The position numbers and the translations under genes were made by a program. Below the pieces are notes generated by a model. That model did not search any database, was not told the DNA's origin, and saw only the letters and a list, made by a program, of their open reading frames with translations. DNA of 63,117 bases, filler included, from Deltaproteobacteria bacterium (GTDB lineage Bacteria > Myxococcota > JACRCW01), in NCBI GenBank assembly GCA_016218805.1. It is 4 parts of 4 records of this genome, joined end to end, with 100 filler letters (N's around TTAATTAATTAA, not from the genome) between each part and the next. Parts side by side here need not be neighbours in the genome. Positions count along the whole stretch, not along the records: positions 45,763 to 58,593 come from JACRCW010000113.1; positions 58,694 to 63,117 come from JACRCW010000030.1; 2 more parts are not named here. One strand, given 5' to 3'. Below, in pieces: positions 54,614 to 63,117 of this stretch (position 1 is the stretch's first letter; each line of letters begins with the position of its first letter).

Positions 54614-55362
54614 CCGGGCCGGTCTGCCCTCGCGGGGTTTTCGTCGTCGGGACGGACACCGGTGTTGGGAAGACGCTGGTGGCGGCGGGCTTGGCGCGGA
54701 TGATGCGGCGCCGTGGCAACCGCGTGGCGGTGTTCAAACCGTTCCTCAGCGGTGATGCGGCCGCGGAGGACGCGCAGATCCTGGCGCGTGCCGCGGGACT
54801 TGCCGGGCCCGGCCCGCTGCAACCCGCCCTGCTTGATGTCATCGCGCCGTTCCGTTTTCGTGATCCGGTGGCGCCCGGCATCGGCGCCCGGCGTGAGGGC
54901 TGTGAGATCTCGCTGGGCGCCGTGGTGGATGACGCCCGCGCGTTGGGCCGTGTGAGCGAGGTGATGGTGGTGGAGGGCGCCGGGGGCGTCCTGGTTCCAC
55001 TGACCCACACGCTCCGCGCCTCCGAATGCGTGATCGATCTCGTGGTCGCCCTGGGCCTGCCCGTCGTCGTCGTTGGGCGCACCGCGCTGGGCACCATCAA
55101 TCACACGGCGCTGACCATGGCCGCGCTGCGCGCGCGCGGCGTGGCGGTGGCGGGGATTGTCCTGTCCCAGGTTGATCCCGCGCACGAGATCCCGGATGCG
55201 GATCTGCTGGACGCGATCCACGGCGTGGCGGGGATGCGGCCGCTGTGCGTGATCCCGTTCGTGAGCGGATCAGAGGCGATCCGCGTCGGGACCGCGGCGC
55301 GCAAGCTCGACGGGTGCGGAGCGTGGGATCACGTCGAGGCCGCGATCCCGGGGGCGCGCTGA
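54610..55362 (+). CDS. bioD: Dethiobiotin synthase
   Basis: GTDTGVGKT, FKP, VEGAGG, LGTINHT; ATGA coupling. Confidence 0.95.
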   Translation: MTGPVCPRGVFVVGTDTGVGKTLVAAGLARMMRRRGNRVAVFKPFLSGDAAAEDAQILARAAGLAGPGPLQPALLDVIAPFRFRDPVAPGIGARREGCEISLGAVVDDARALGRVSEVMVVEGAGGVLVPLTHTLRASECVIDLVVALGLPVVVVGRTALGTINHTALTMAALRARGVAVAGIVLSQVDPAHEIPDADLLDAIHGVAGMRPLCVIPFVSGSEAIRVGTAARKLDGCGAWDHVEAAIPGAR

Positions 55363-55430
55363 ATTCAAGAAACCGGACGCGCGGGACATTTTCTTCAGCC
55401 GCGTGGCGCGCCCCCGTATGTTGGCCGTGC

Positions 55431-55712
55431 ATGGCCGTCCTCATTGATCTCGTCCACGTCAGGAAGGCGCGCCGCCTCTTCCAACTCCTCCTGGAGCGCA
55501 ATGGCCTCCGGCATTACCTGGAGGGGGACAGGGAGCGCGCCTTCAAGATTGACCCCACCAAGCTGGAGTCTGCGGTCACCATGTGCTCCGAGTGGGCCTG
55601 CCTGCGCACCGGCACCACCACAACGGAAGAAACGGTGGACTGGTTGCGCAAGGACCTCCGGCGCATGCTCATCCAGGCCGTCGCGGAATCCATGGTGCGC
55701 GCGGGCTATTGA
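55431..55712 (+). CDS. Small hypothetical helical protein (93 aa)
   Basis: Native codon usage; MAVLIDLVHVRKARR...; 7-nt convergent overlap with tsaE. Confidence 0.65.
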   Translation: MAVLIDLVHVRKARRLFQLLLERNGLRHYLEGDRERAFKIDPTKLESAVTMCSEWACLRTGTTTTEETVDWLRKDLRRMLIQAVAESMVRAGY

Positions 55713-56170
55713 ATCCGCGCCAGGACCTCGGCGGATACCGGCCCCGTCGCCATCATTGTCACGTCCCGGCGGTCCTCCCCCGTCACGGCCAGGTCCACCA
55801 CCAGCGCGTCCGGGAACATGCCTTGCGCGCGTTCGGCCCATTCCACCACCAGCACGTCCGCGGGCTCCACGGCGTCCAGCACGCCCAGCGCTTCCACCTC
55901 CGCCACGCGGGCCAGGCGGTAGAGATCGGCATGCCAGGTGCGGGGTGTCGTCGGGTAGGCGTGGCACAGCGCGTACGTGGGTGACTTCACGCGCACCGGT
56001 CCGTGCGCCGGCAGCGCGCCCGCAAAGCCCTGCACCAGCGTGGTCTTCCCCGCGCCCAGATCCCCGCGCAGCAGCACCACCAGTCCCGGCTGCGCCGCGC
56101 GCCCCAACTGCGCTCCCAGCGCGCGCGTCTCCGCTTCCGTCGTCGTCACAAACGCCCGGCCCGCGCTCAC
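55706..56170 (-). CDS. tsaE: tRNA t6A biosynthesis ATPase
   Basis: L.GDLGAGKT, VKSPTY, H.DLYRL, VEW.E; GTGA overlap with nnr. Confidence 0.93.
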   Translation of the reverse strand: MSAGRAFVTTTEAETRALGAQLGRAAQPGLVVLLRGDLGAGKTTLVQGFAGALPAHGPVRVKSPTYALCHAYPTTPRTWHADLYRLARVAEVEALGVLDAVEPADVLVVEWAERAQGMFPDALVVDLAVTGEDRRDVTMMATGPVSAEVLARIQ

Positions 56171-57657
56171 GCGGACTCCAGCTCGCGGAACACGGCGGGC
56201 ACCCGGTCCGCAATCTCGGACGCCAGCACGCCTTCCGGCCCCAGCGCAGCGGCGCACAACTCCCCGGCGCGCGCGTGCAGGAACACGCCCAGTGACGCGG
56301 CGTCCTCCGCCGTCAGCCCGCGTCCCAGCAGCGCGCCAACCATCCCCGCCAGCACATCCCCCGTCCCACCCGTGGCCAGCACGGGGTGCCCGCCCAGGCA
56401 CACGCGGGAACGCCCGCCGGGCAGCGCCACCACGCTGCGCGCACCCTTGTGGATCACCACCGCACCCGCGGTCTCCGCCGCGCGGCAGGCGGAACCCACG
56501 CGGTCCGCCATCACGCTCTCCGTCGAGCAGCCCAGCAGCCGCGCCAGCTCCGCGGGGTGCGGCGTCAGCACCAGGCCACCGCGCCCCGCCAACGCGCCCA
56601 GGTCCGTGCCCAGCAGCGCCAGCGCCCCCGCGTCCAACACGCACGGCGTGCCCGCTGCCAGCGCCGCCGTCAGCCACTCCCGCCCGCGCTCATCCACCGC
56701 CAGGCCCGGGCCCACCACCAGCGCGGGGATGCGGTGCTGCACCACCCACGCTCCCAGCGCCGCCGGGTCCAACATCACCGTCGTCACTTCAGGCGCGTGC
56801 GGCGCCTCCGCGCCCGGCAGGCGCAGTGCCGTGACGCGCCCCGCCCCGCCCCGCAGCGCCCCGCGTGCGGCCAGCACCGCGGCCCCCGTCATGCCCATGC
56901 TCCCACCCACAACCAGCACGTGTCCCGCTGACCCCTTGTGCGCGCCCATCGCGCGCGGCTTGTGCCAGCGCCGCGCGTCCACGCCGCCAAATCCCTGGCA
57001 CGGCACCTCGGGCGGCACCGGGATGCCAATGTCGACGACGCTGACCTCGCCGCAGCGGTCCGCACCGGGTACCAACGCGTGGGCGCGTTTGAGCGCTGCC
57101 AGCGCCACCGTCCAGCGCGCGTGCACGCTGCACCCCAGGCTCACCCCGGTGTCCGTGTGCACGCCGGAGGGGAGATCCACCGCCAGCACCGCGGGGGCGG
57201 CGTTCACCGCCGCAATCGCCGCGGAAAACCGCCCCGTCACCGCGCGCGCCAGGCCGGTCCCAAACAGCGCGTCCACCACAAGCGTGCAGTCCCGCAACGC
57301 CGCGGCCTCCGCGTGCACCGCGGCTTCATCCGGTGCAAAGCGCAACGGCACGCCCGCCACGCGCGCGGACTCCAGCATGGCCCGCGGGTCCGCCTTGAGC
57401 TCATCCTCCCCGCCCACCACCAGCAACCACGCGCGCCACCCCGCGCGGTGCAGCAGCCGCGCCACCACCAGGCCGTCCCCGCCGTTGTTCCCCGTCCCGC
57501 ACACAATTCCCACCACGTCACCCGGGCGGCAGTGCGCCATCACCTCGTCCGCGCAGGCGCGTCCCGCGGACTCCATCAGCACCCGCGCCGGCACGCCGCC
57601 GCGAATGGTCCGCTCGTCGGCAGCGCGCATCTCGTCCGAGGTGAGCAGCGGGATCAT
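56167..57657 (-). CDS. nnr: Bifunctional NAD(P)HX epimerase/dehydratase
   Basis: LME.AG, G.GNNGGDG, VDALFGTGL, AVDLPSG, HKG..G, GPGL, LTPH.AE, LATGGTGDVLAG. Confidence 0.95.
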   Translation of the reverse strand: MIPLLTSDEMRAADERTIRGGVPARVLMESAGRACADEVMAHCRPGDVVGIVCGTGNNGGDGLVVARLLHRAGWRAWLLVVGGEDELKADPRAMLESARVAGVPLRFAPDEAAVHAEAAALRDCTLVVDALFGTGLARAVTGRFSAAIAAVNAAPAVLAVDLPSGVHTDTGVSLGCSVHARWTVALAALKRAHALVPGADRCGEVSVVDIGIPVPPEVPCQGFGGVDARRWHKPRAMGAHKGSAGHVLVVGGSMGMTGAAVLAARGALRGGAGRVTALRLPGAEAPHAPEVTTVMLDPAALGAWVVQHRIPALVVGPGLAVDERGREWLTAALAAGTPCVLDAGALALLGTDLGALAGRGGLVLTPHPAELARLLGCSTESVMADRVGSACRAAETAGAVVIHKGARSVVALPGGRSRVCLGGHPVLATGGTGDVLAGMVGALLGRGLTAEDAASLGVFLHARAGELCAAALGPEGVLASEIADRVPAVFRELESA

Positions 57658-58040
57658 CCGCCGCCTCCTTCCAGGATCACCACCGCGCCGGAGACGCCGC
57701 CCGCGTGGGTCAGCGCCAGGTGCACGCGCCGCACACCCAGCCGCGCTGCCACGTCCGCCGCCAGGCGCGTGAACCGCACCGTGGGTGCCCGCCCCGGCGC
57801 GGCGGGGACCACCTCCAGGTCCGTCCAGCGCAACGCGGGCGGCACACCCAGCGCCTTCCACGCCGCTTCCTTGGCCGCGTAGCGGGCCGCCAGGCTCTCG
57901 TCGCACTGTTCGCCGCGGCCGGTGCAGTAGGCCGCCTCTTCCGTCGTGTACACGCGGGTCAGGAACCGCTGGCCGTGCCGCCTGACGGCGCGGCGGATGC
58001 GCTCCACCTCCACCAGGTCCATCCCCAGCCCCACGAGCAT
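57654..58040 (-). CDS. acpS: Holo-ACP synthase
   Basis: GLG.DLVEV.RI, LAARYAAKEA..KALG, LALTH. Confidence 0.95.
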   Translation of the reverse strand: MLVGLGMDLVEVERIRRAVRRHGQRFLTRVYTTEEAAYCTGRGEQCDESLAARYAAKEAAWKALGVPPALRWTDLEVVPAAPGRAPTVRFTRLAADVAARLGVRRVHLALTHAGGVSGAVVILEGGGG

Positions 58041-58129
58041 GCCCGGTGGGTAGCGCCATCCATCCGGCGGGGCAAACTTCCTGGCGCCGCCGGGTGGCCA
58101 GCGGCCGCGCAGAGGCCTAGAGTTGGGGA

Positions 58130-58593
58130 ATGCGCATCCTCATCGCGGATGACGACCCCAATGCCCGCATGTTGTTGGAGGTCTACACGCGGGACCAGCC
58201 CTGGGACGTGGAGTTCTGCGCTGACGGACAGCAGGCGCTGGAGCGCATCCGCACCGCGGATATTGACATCGTGGTGAGTGACATCCGCATGCCCGGGTTG
58301 TCCGGTGACGAGCTGCTCAAGCACATCAAGCAGGAACGCCCGGAGCTGCCAGTGGTCCTGATGACCGCGCACACGTCCACGGATGACGTCGTGGAAATGA
58401 TGAAGCTGGGCGCAGATGACTACATCTCCAAGCCGTTTGAGAAGGACAGCTTCCTCCACCGGATCCGCAAGAGCATTGAGGGCATGGAGCGCCGGCGGGA
58501 GAACGCCCGCCTGCGCGGTGAGCTGGAACAGCTGCGTGACCGGGACCACGCCGCCACCTCGCAGATCATCGGCAACAGCTCGTCGCTGCGGGC
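58130..58593 (+). CDS. NtrC-family sigma54-dependent response regulator (3'-truncated)
   Basis: RILIADDD, SDIRMP, MTAH, GA.DYI.KPF, coiled coil, IIGNS at the start of the AAA domain. Confidence 0.88.
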
Positions 58594-58693
58594 NNNNNNN
58601 NNNNNNNNNNNNNNNNNNNNNNNNNNNNNNNNNNNNNTTAATTAATTAANNNNNNNNNNNNNNNNNNNNNNNNNNNNNNNNNNNNNNNNNNNN
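58594..58693. other. Artificial contig linker
   Basis: N44-TTAATTAATTAA-N44. Confidence 0.98.
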
Positions 58694-59063
58694 CTTCCAG
58701 GCCACGCCGCGCGGCCCGGAGGTGGAGTTCTCCGCGGCCCAGATGTCCACGGACGCGCCACTCACGCTGCAGTACGTGGTCATTGCCCGGGATGCGGACG
58801 GGGACGTGCTGCTGGCCCAGGGTGACCGCGAGCACCCGCTGGAGACCCGCGTGGCGGCCGGGCGGGAACAGGTGCCCGCGTTCTACACGCAGCGCCGCTT
58901 CTGGATGGTGGCGGGTGGCGCCGCGGCGGGGGTGACGGCGGTGGGCACCGTGCTGTTGGTGGCGTTGGTGGCCGGCGGCACGGTGGCGGCGTTCACGGGT
59001 TACCTGCTGGTCCGGGGGGACGGCACCCCGCCCGGGATCATCGGCAAGCAGACGCTGGACTAG
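58694..59063 (+). CDS. C-terminal fragment of a membrane-anchored exported protein
   Basis: LQYVVIARD..G..L...G....P beta domain, then FYTQRRFW and a hydrophobic Gly/Ala segment; 5' end lost. Confidence 0.65.
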
Positions 59064-59075
59064 CGGGGGCGGGAC

Positions 59076-61712
59076 TCACAGCCCGTCGTCGCGGAAGCCT
59101 TCGGCCTGCGTGGGGACGGCGTCCTCCAGCTTGGGCTCGCTGCCACACACAAACGGCACCTGCACCTCATTGCGGTCGTCCGCTGGAACGCGCTTGCCGG
59201 TCTCCTTGTGCACGTGGAACAGGCAGATGTTCTCCGGGACCGTCCAGCCCGGCTCCTCAATGCCGTTGAGCGCTCGCTTGGTGTACTCCATCCACGCCGG
59301 GAGCGCGGTGCGGCCGCCCTGTTCACGCGCGCCCAGCGGGTTCACGTTCTGGTCGTACCCCACCCACACGCCCGTCACGAGCGTGGGCGTGTAACCCATG
59401 AACCACGCGTCAAAGGAATCATTGGTGGTCCCCGTCTTGCCGGCCACCAGCCGGCCAATCTGCGAGGCGCGCGCAGCCGTGCCGAACTTGGCCACCTGGG
59501 TCAGCAGGTACTGGACGATGAACGCGTCCGGCGCCTCCATGACGCGCTCCGGAGCGCGGTCCAGCGCCGTCTGCATGGCCAGCAGCCGCTGCTCACGGGA
59601 CTGCCAGCCGTCGTTGGGGTCCGCGTTCTCCTCCAGCACGTTGCCGTCGCGGTCGGTGATGCGCTTGATGAACAGCGGCTCACCGCGCAGGCCCAGGCGG
59701 TTGAACACGGTGTAGACCGCCATGAGCTCCCACAGCGTTACGCACGAACTGCCGATGGCCGTCCCCAGCTCCTTCTTCAGCGGCGTCTTGACGCCCAGCC
59801 GCTGCGCGTAGGCCACCGCGCGCTCCAGGCCCACCTGCTGCATGGTCTTGATGGCGGGCACGTTCATGGAGTTCATCACGGCGGTGCGCACGGTGACGTC
59901 GCCCTTGAACTCCTCTTCGAAATTCTGCGGCTTCCACCGTTTCTTGGCGTCGGTGTCGTCCAGGATGAGCGGGCTGTCCACCAGGATGGTGGACGGCGTG
60001 AAGTCCTCCAGGTCCACCGCGCCCGCGTAGATGATGGGCTTGAACGCGCTGCCCGGCTGGCGGCAGGCCTGGAAGGCGCGGTTGTATTCGCTCTCTTCAA
60101 AGTTGTAGCCGCCAATCATGGCCTGCACGTACCCGGTGGCCGGGTCCATGGAGACCATGGCGCCCTGCACCACGGGTTCCTGGTCCAGCGCCACCACGGG
60201 TTTGCCATCGCGGAACGCGGTGCCGTCCTCGGTGAGTTCGGGCTCCAGCTCCACCAGGTTCTCCCGCGTGAAGTCCACCTTCTTCATCTCCTCCAGCGCG
60301 GCCACGCGCACCAGGATCACGTCGCCCACGCTCAGCACGTCTGCCTGCTTCTTCACCAGCTGGCTTTCCCACCAGGTTTCATGGTTGGGCTTGCGCGCCC
60401 AGCGCATGAACCCCAGCGGGAGGTGCGCCGCGTGCTCGCCAATGCGCACGGTGGCCACGTTGCGCTCCCGCAGCTTCTCCACCACCGCCACGTACGTCTG
60501 ACCCTTCACCAGTGGCGCGCCGTGCAGGACCTTCTGGGCGTAGCGCTCGGACACCTCGGCGCGGGCCTCCGGCGTGTCCACGTGCATGAGCGGACCGCGG
60601 TAGCCCTGCCGCTTGTCCAGGTCTTTGAGCGCCTTCTGCATCGCCTCCTCGGCGTACAACTGCCGCTCCAGGTCCAGCGTGGTCTCCACGACAAGACCGC
60701 CGGCCAGGAGCGCCTTCTCGCCGTAATTGTCCAGCACATAGCGGCGCACGTGCTCGGTGAAGTACGGCGCGGTGTCCTTGAAACGGTCGTCGCGCGGGTG
60801 CGTGGTCTGCTCCACGGTGAGCGCCAGCGCGTCATCCAGTTCCTTCTGCGTGATGAAACCCTCCTCCACCATGCGGCCCAACACATACTTCTGCCGCGCG
60901 CGCGCCTTGTCCGGGTGCACAAACGGCGAATAGGTGGACGGCGCCGCCGGCAGCCCGGCAATCAGCGTCATCTCCGCCAGGTTGAGTTCATTGACGGACT
61001 TCCGGAAGTAGTTCTGCGCGGCCGCTTCCACGCCGTAAGCGCCGTGCCCCAGGTAGATCTCATTGAGGTACAGGTAGAGGATGTCCTCCTTGGTGAGCGT
61101 CTGCTCCAGCCGCCGCGCCAGCAGAATCTGCCGCACCTTGCGGCGCGCGGAGCGTTCCGTCCCCTTCTTGTAGCCCTCCTGTGCCACCAGCAGGCTCTTG
61201 GCCAGCTGCATGGTGATGGTGGACGCGCCCTGCGTGGCGCGCCCGGTCCGCGCTGCCACCAGCACGCTGCGCAGCATGCCCAGGTAGTCCACGCCGCCGT
61301 GCTCAAAGAACTTCCCGTCTTCGCTGGCCACAAACGCCTGGATGAGCCGCCGGGGGATCTTCTCGTACGGGACCAGGATGCGGCGCTCCAGCGCAAACTC
61401 CCCAATGAGGCGGTGGTCCGACGAGTACGCGCGCGTGACCAGGCGCGGGCGGTATTCCGCCACCGAGCGGAAGTTGGGCAGGTCCTTGGAGAACAGCGCG
61501 TAGCCCAGCACGGACACCGCCGTGGCGCTCACCAGTCCCATCACCAGCAGGTAGGCGCCCAGGCGCACCCAGCGGCCCGCGCGCGTGGGCTCGGGCGGCA
61601 GTCCCAGGACCACCAGCGGCAGCGCGTGGCCGTTGGAATGCCCGTTGTGCCCCCCGGGGACCGGCTCCGGTTGGGGTGGCGGCGGGGGTGTTGTCGCGGG
61701 TGTCTCGCTCAC
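59076..61712 (-). CDS. mrcA: Class A penicillin-binding protein 1A
   Basis: ED..FFEH.GVD, GASTITMQL, YLNEIY.G transglycosylase; SAFK, SMN, GKTGT transpeptidase motifs. Confidence 0.95.
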   Translation of the reverse strand: MSETPATTPPPPPQPEPVPGGHNGHSNGHALPLVVLGLPPEPTRAGRWVRLGAYLLVMGLVSATAVSVLGYALFSKDLPNFRSVAEYRPRLVTRAYSSDHRLIGEFALERRILVPYEKIPRRLIQAFVASEDGKFFEHGGVDYLGMLRSVLVAARTGRATQGASTITMQLAKSLLVAQEGYKKGTERSARRKVRQILLARRLEQTLTKEDILYLYLNEIYLGHGAYGVEAAAQNYFRKSVNELNLAEMTLIAGLPAAPSTYSPFVHPDKARARQKYVLGRMVEEGFITQKELDDALALTVEQTTHPRDDRFKDTAPYFTEHVRRYVLDNYGEKALLAGGLVVETTLDLERQLYAEEAMQKALKDLDKRQGYRGPLMHVDTPEARAEVSERYAQKVLHGAPLVKGQTYVAVVEKLRERNVATVRIGEHAAHLPLGFMRWARKPNHETWWESQLVKKQADVLSVGDVILVRVAALEEMKKVDFTRENLVELEPELTEDGTAFRDGKPVVALDQEPVVQGAMVSMDPATGYVQAMIGGYNFEESEYNRAFQACRQPGSAFKPIIYAGAVDLEDFTPSTILVDSPLILDDTDAKKRWKPQNFEEEFKGDVTVRTAVMNSMNVPAIKTMQQVGLERAVAYAQRLGVKTPLKKELGTAIGSSCVTLWELMAVYTVFNRLGLRGEPLFIKRITDRDGNVLEENADPNDGWQSREQRLLAMQTALDRAPERVMEAPDAFIVQYLLTQVAKFGTAARASQIGRLVAGKTGTTNDSFDAWFMGYTPTLVTGVWVGYDQNVNPLGAREQGGRTALPAWMEYTKRALNGIEEPGWTVPENICLFHVHKETGKRVPADDRNEVQVPFVCGSEPKLEDAVPTQAEGFRDDGL

Positions 61713-61791
61713 GTCTTCCTGCCTGGCGCTGGCCTACCAAGGGGCCGGCGCACGCTACCACGCGCGTCCCCCGGGCCAAGTTACCTCTTCG

Positions 61792-62760
61792 TCACTGCGG
61801 CGGCTGCCCGTCACACACCAGCGTGCCGCACGTCCACTGGCCGTCCACACAGCCGCTCCCGACGTACTGGCAGCCTTCGGGCGAGGCCGCGCAGTCGATG
61901 AGCACCAACGGGTCGCATCCGTCACACACCTGGGTGCCGCAGCTCCACGTCCCGTCCACGCAGCCGCCACCCTCCGCGTGGCAGCCCGGCGTCACCACGC
62001 AGTCCATGACCTGGCCCTGACACGCCGGGCACTCCAGCGTGCCACAGGTCCATTGGCCGTAGCTGCAGCCGCCGCCCCGCCACCTGCAACCGGGCGGCGG
62101 AGCCGCGCAATCGGGGATCGGACCGGTGCAGATGTCGCAAACGGAGTCACCGCAGGTCCACTGGTGGTCCACGCACCCGCCATTGACGAAGTGGCACCCC
62201 GGCAGCGGGTCGCATGCGGGGCGCGGGCCGGTGCACGTGTCACACAGGATGTCACCGCACGCCCACGCGCCGGCGACGGTGCACACGGGCGGCGTGGCGG
62301 CGCAGCCGTCTGCCGGGACAGTGCAGGAGGGAGCGCCCACACAGCCGGTGCAGACCAGATCGCCACAGGTCCATTGCCCGTTGACGCAGCCGCCCCCCGC
62401 GTACGTGCAATCTTGCGGCGGTGCGGCGCAATCCGGGCGCGGGCCCGGGCACGTCGGTGCGGCCGAGGAGGCGGTGGCACCGGACGACCCCGCGCCCCCA
62501 TCAGGAACCGGCGGTGACGACGTGGCGCCCGCAGAGGTGTCTCCCGGAAGAAACGATGCGTCCCAGCCGCCGAATCCCGACGAGCAGGTGCTGGAGAACT
62601 CGCCGGTGGATGCGTTCCGCCGCGAGGAAGCGCCGCCCCCCGCGCGGCTGCTGGCGGCGTCGGCGCCGTCGTCATCCGGGCTTCCGCTTCCCGTCACGCT
62701 GCAGGCTGCAAGCGCCGCGGTCGCCAGACAGGGTCCCACGGAAGTCCAGGCGGAGTGCAT
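61792..62760 (-). CDS. Lipoprotein with Ser-rich linker and six tandem 6-Cys/Trp repeats
   Basis: Lipobox LAAC; six ~35-aa units C..C..C..GGC..G.W.CG...C. Confidence 0.85.
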   Translation of the reverse strand: MHSAWTSVGPCLATAALAACSVTGSGSPDDDGADAASSRAGGGASSRRNASTGEFSSTCSSGFGGWDASFLPGDTSAGATSSPPVPDGGAGSSGATASSAAPTCPGPRPDCAAPPQDCTYAGGGCVNGQWTCGDLVCTGCVGAPSCTVPADGCAATPPVCTVAGAWACGDILCDTCTGPRPACDPLPGCHFVNGGCVDHQWTCGDSVCDICTGPIPDCAAPPPGCRWRGGGCSYGQWTCGTLECPACQGQVMDCVVTPGCHAEGGGCVDGTWSCGTQVCDGCDPLVLIDCAASPEGCQYVGSGCVDGQWTCGTLVCDGQPPQ

Positions 62761-62859
62761 GGGTGGCTCCGGGTGCGATCTGGCCGCCCAAGGTTGCCCG
62801 CCGGTTTACCCACTGGCAACGGCGAGAAGGACGGTCTGCGTGGTGGGACGGGCCGCGGA

Positions 62860-63117
62860 CGGACGGGTGCGGGGGGCTTTGGCGCCGCCCCGCCATGGTC
62901 ACCATTCGCGTTTGCTCATCGCGGCCCTGCCGCCTCCCCTTCCTTCATCCGTCCTTTCGTTCTTCGCTTCTTGCTCTTTTGGGAACGGGGTTCCCCTCCA
63001 CGGACCCAGTTGGTCCGCAGCGTATTCTGACCGTGGACTGCCGCTGCGCTCGCCGGGGCCGGCTTTGCCTGCGTCATGCGCCGGTCAACGTGGTGGGCCT
63101 CTGCGTCAACTCCTACC
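62860..63117. repeat. Copy 2 of the ~258-bp structured non-coding element (runs to the window end)
   Basis: Near-identical to 45361-45618, same orientation. Confidence 0.92.

Overview
High-GC (roughly 70% by eye) chromosomal DNA, most likely from a Myxococcota/deltaproteobacterial genome or MAG, based on the MXAN_5187-type protein, Cys-rich lipoproteins, PilT-RecX, ACIII and a BirA box. The window is four contigs (1-24971, 25072-45662, 45763-58593, 58694-63117) joined by artificial 100-nt N/TTAATTAATTAA/N linkers, so gene order across the linkers is meaningless. Contig 1: several Cys-rich surface lipoproteins, hemerythrin, fhs, GNAT, cold-shock protein, a divergent ApbE, an alpha/beta hydrolase, thiE, a cytochrome c, RegB/RegA, a secreted tail-collar protein and the 3' end of an alternative complex III operon (actD'-E-F-G/cytc-SCO). 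Contig 2: GH92, GT39, dksA-pilT-recX-rel, an envelope operon and a beta-barrel-fused sppA. Contig 3: tldD-pmbA-DUF192-rnc-queG-ihfA, a BirA-controlled bioBFAD, acpS-nnr-tsaE and a partial NtrC-type regulator. Contig 4: PBP1A and a Cys-repeat lipoprotein. I saw no rRNA, tRNA, CRISPR array, transposase or integrase. The most interesting observations are: a ~258-bp structured non-coding element present twice, at the contig-2 end and the window end; an ActG-cytochrome c fusion with no downstream oxidase; a HrpF/NolX-like helical module in an orphan protein; a modular family of Cys-rich 'stalk + payload' lipoproteins; and several proteins with substituted catalytic or ligand residues (ApbE, hemerythrin, RegB, BioB, PufC-like cytochrome). 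All family calls come from reading motifs, not from database searches.
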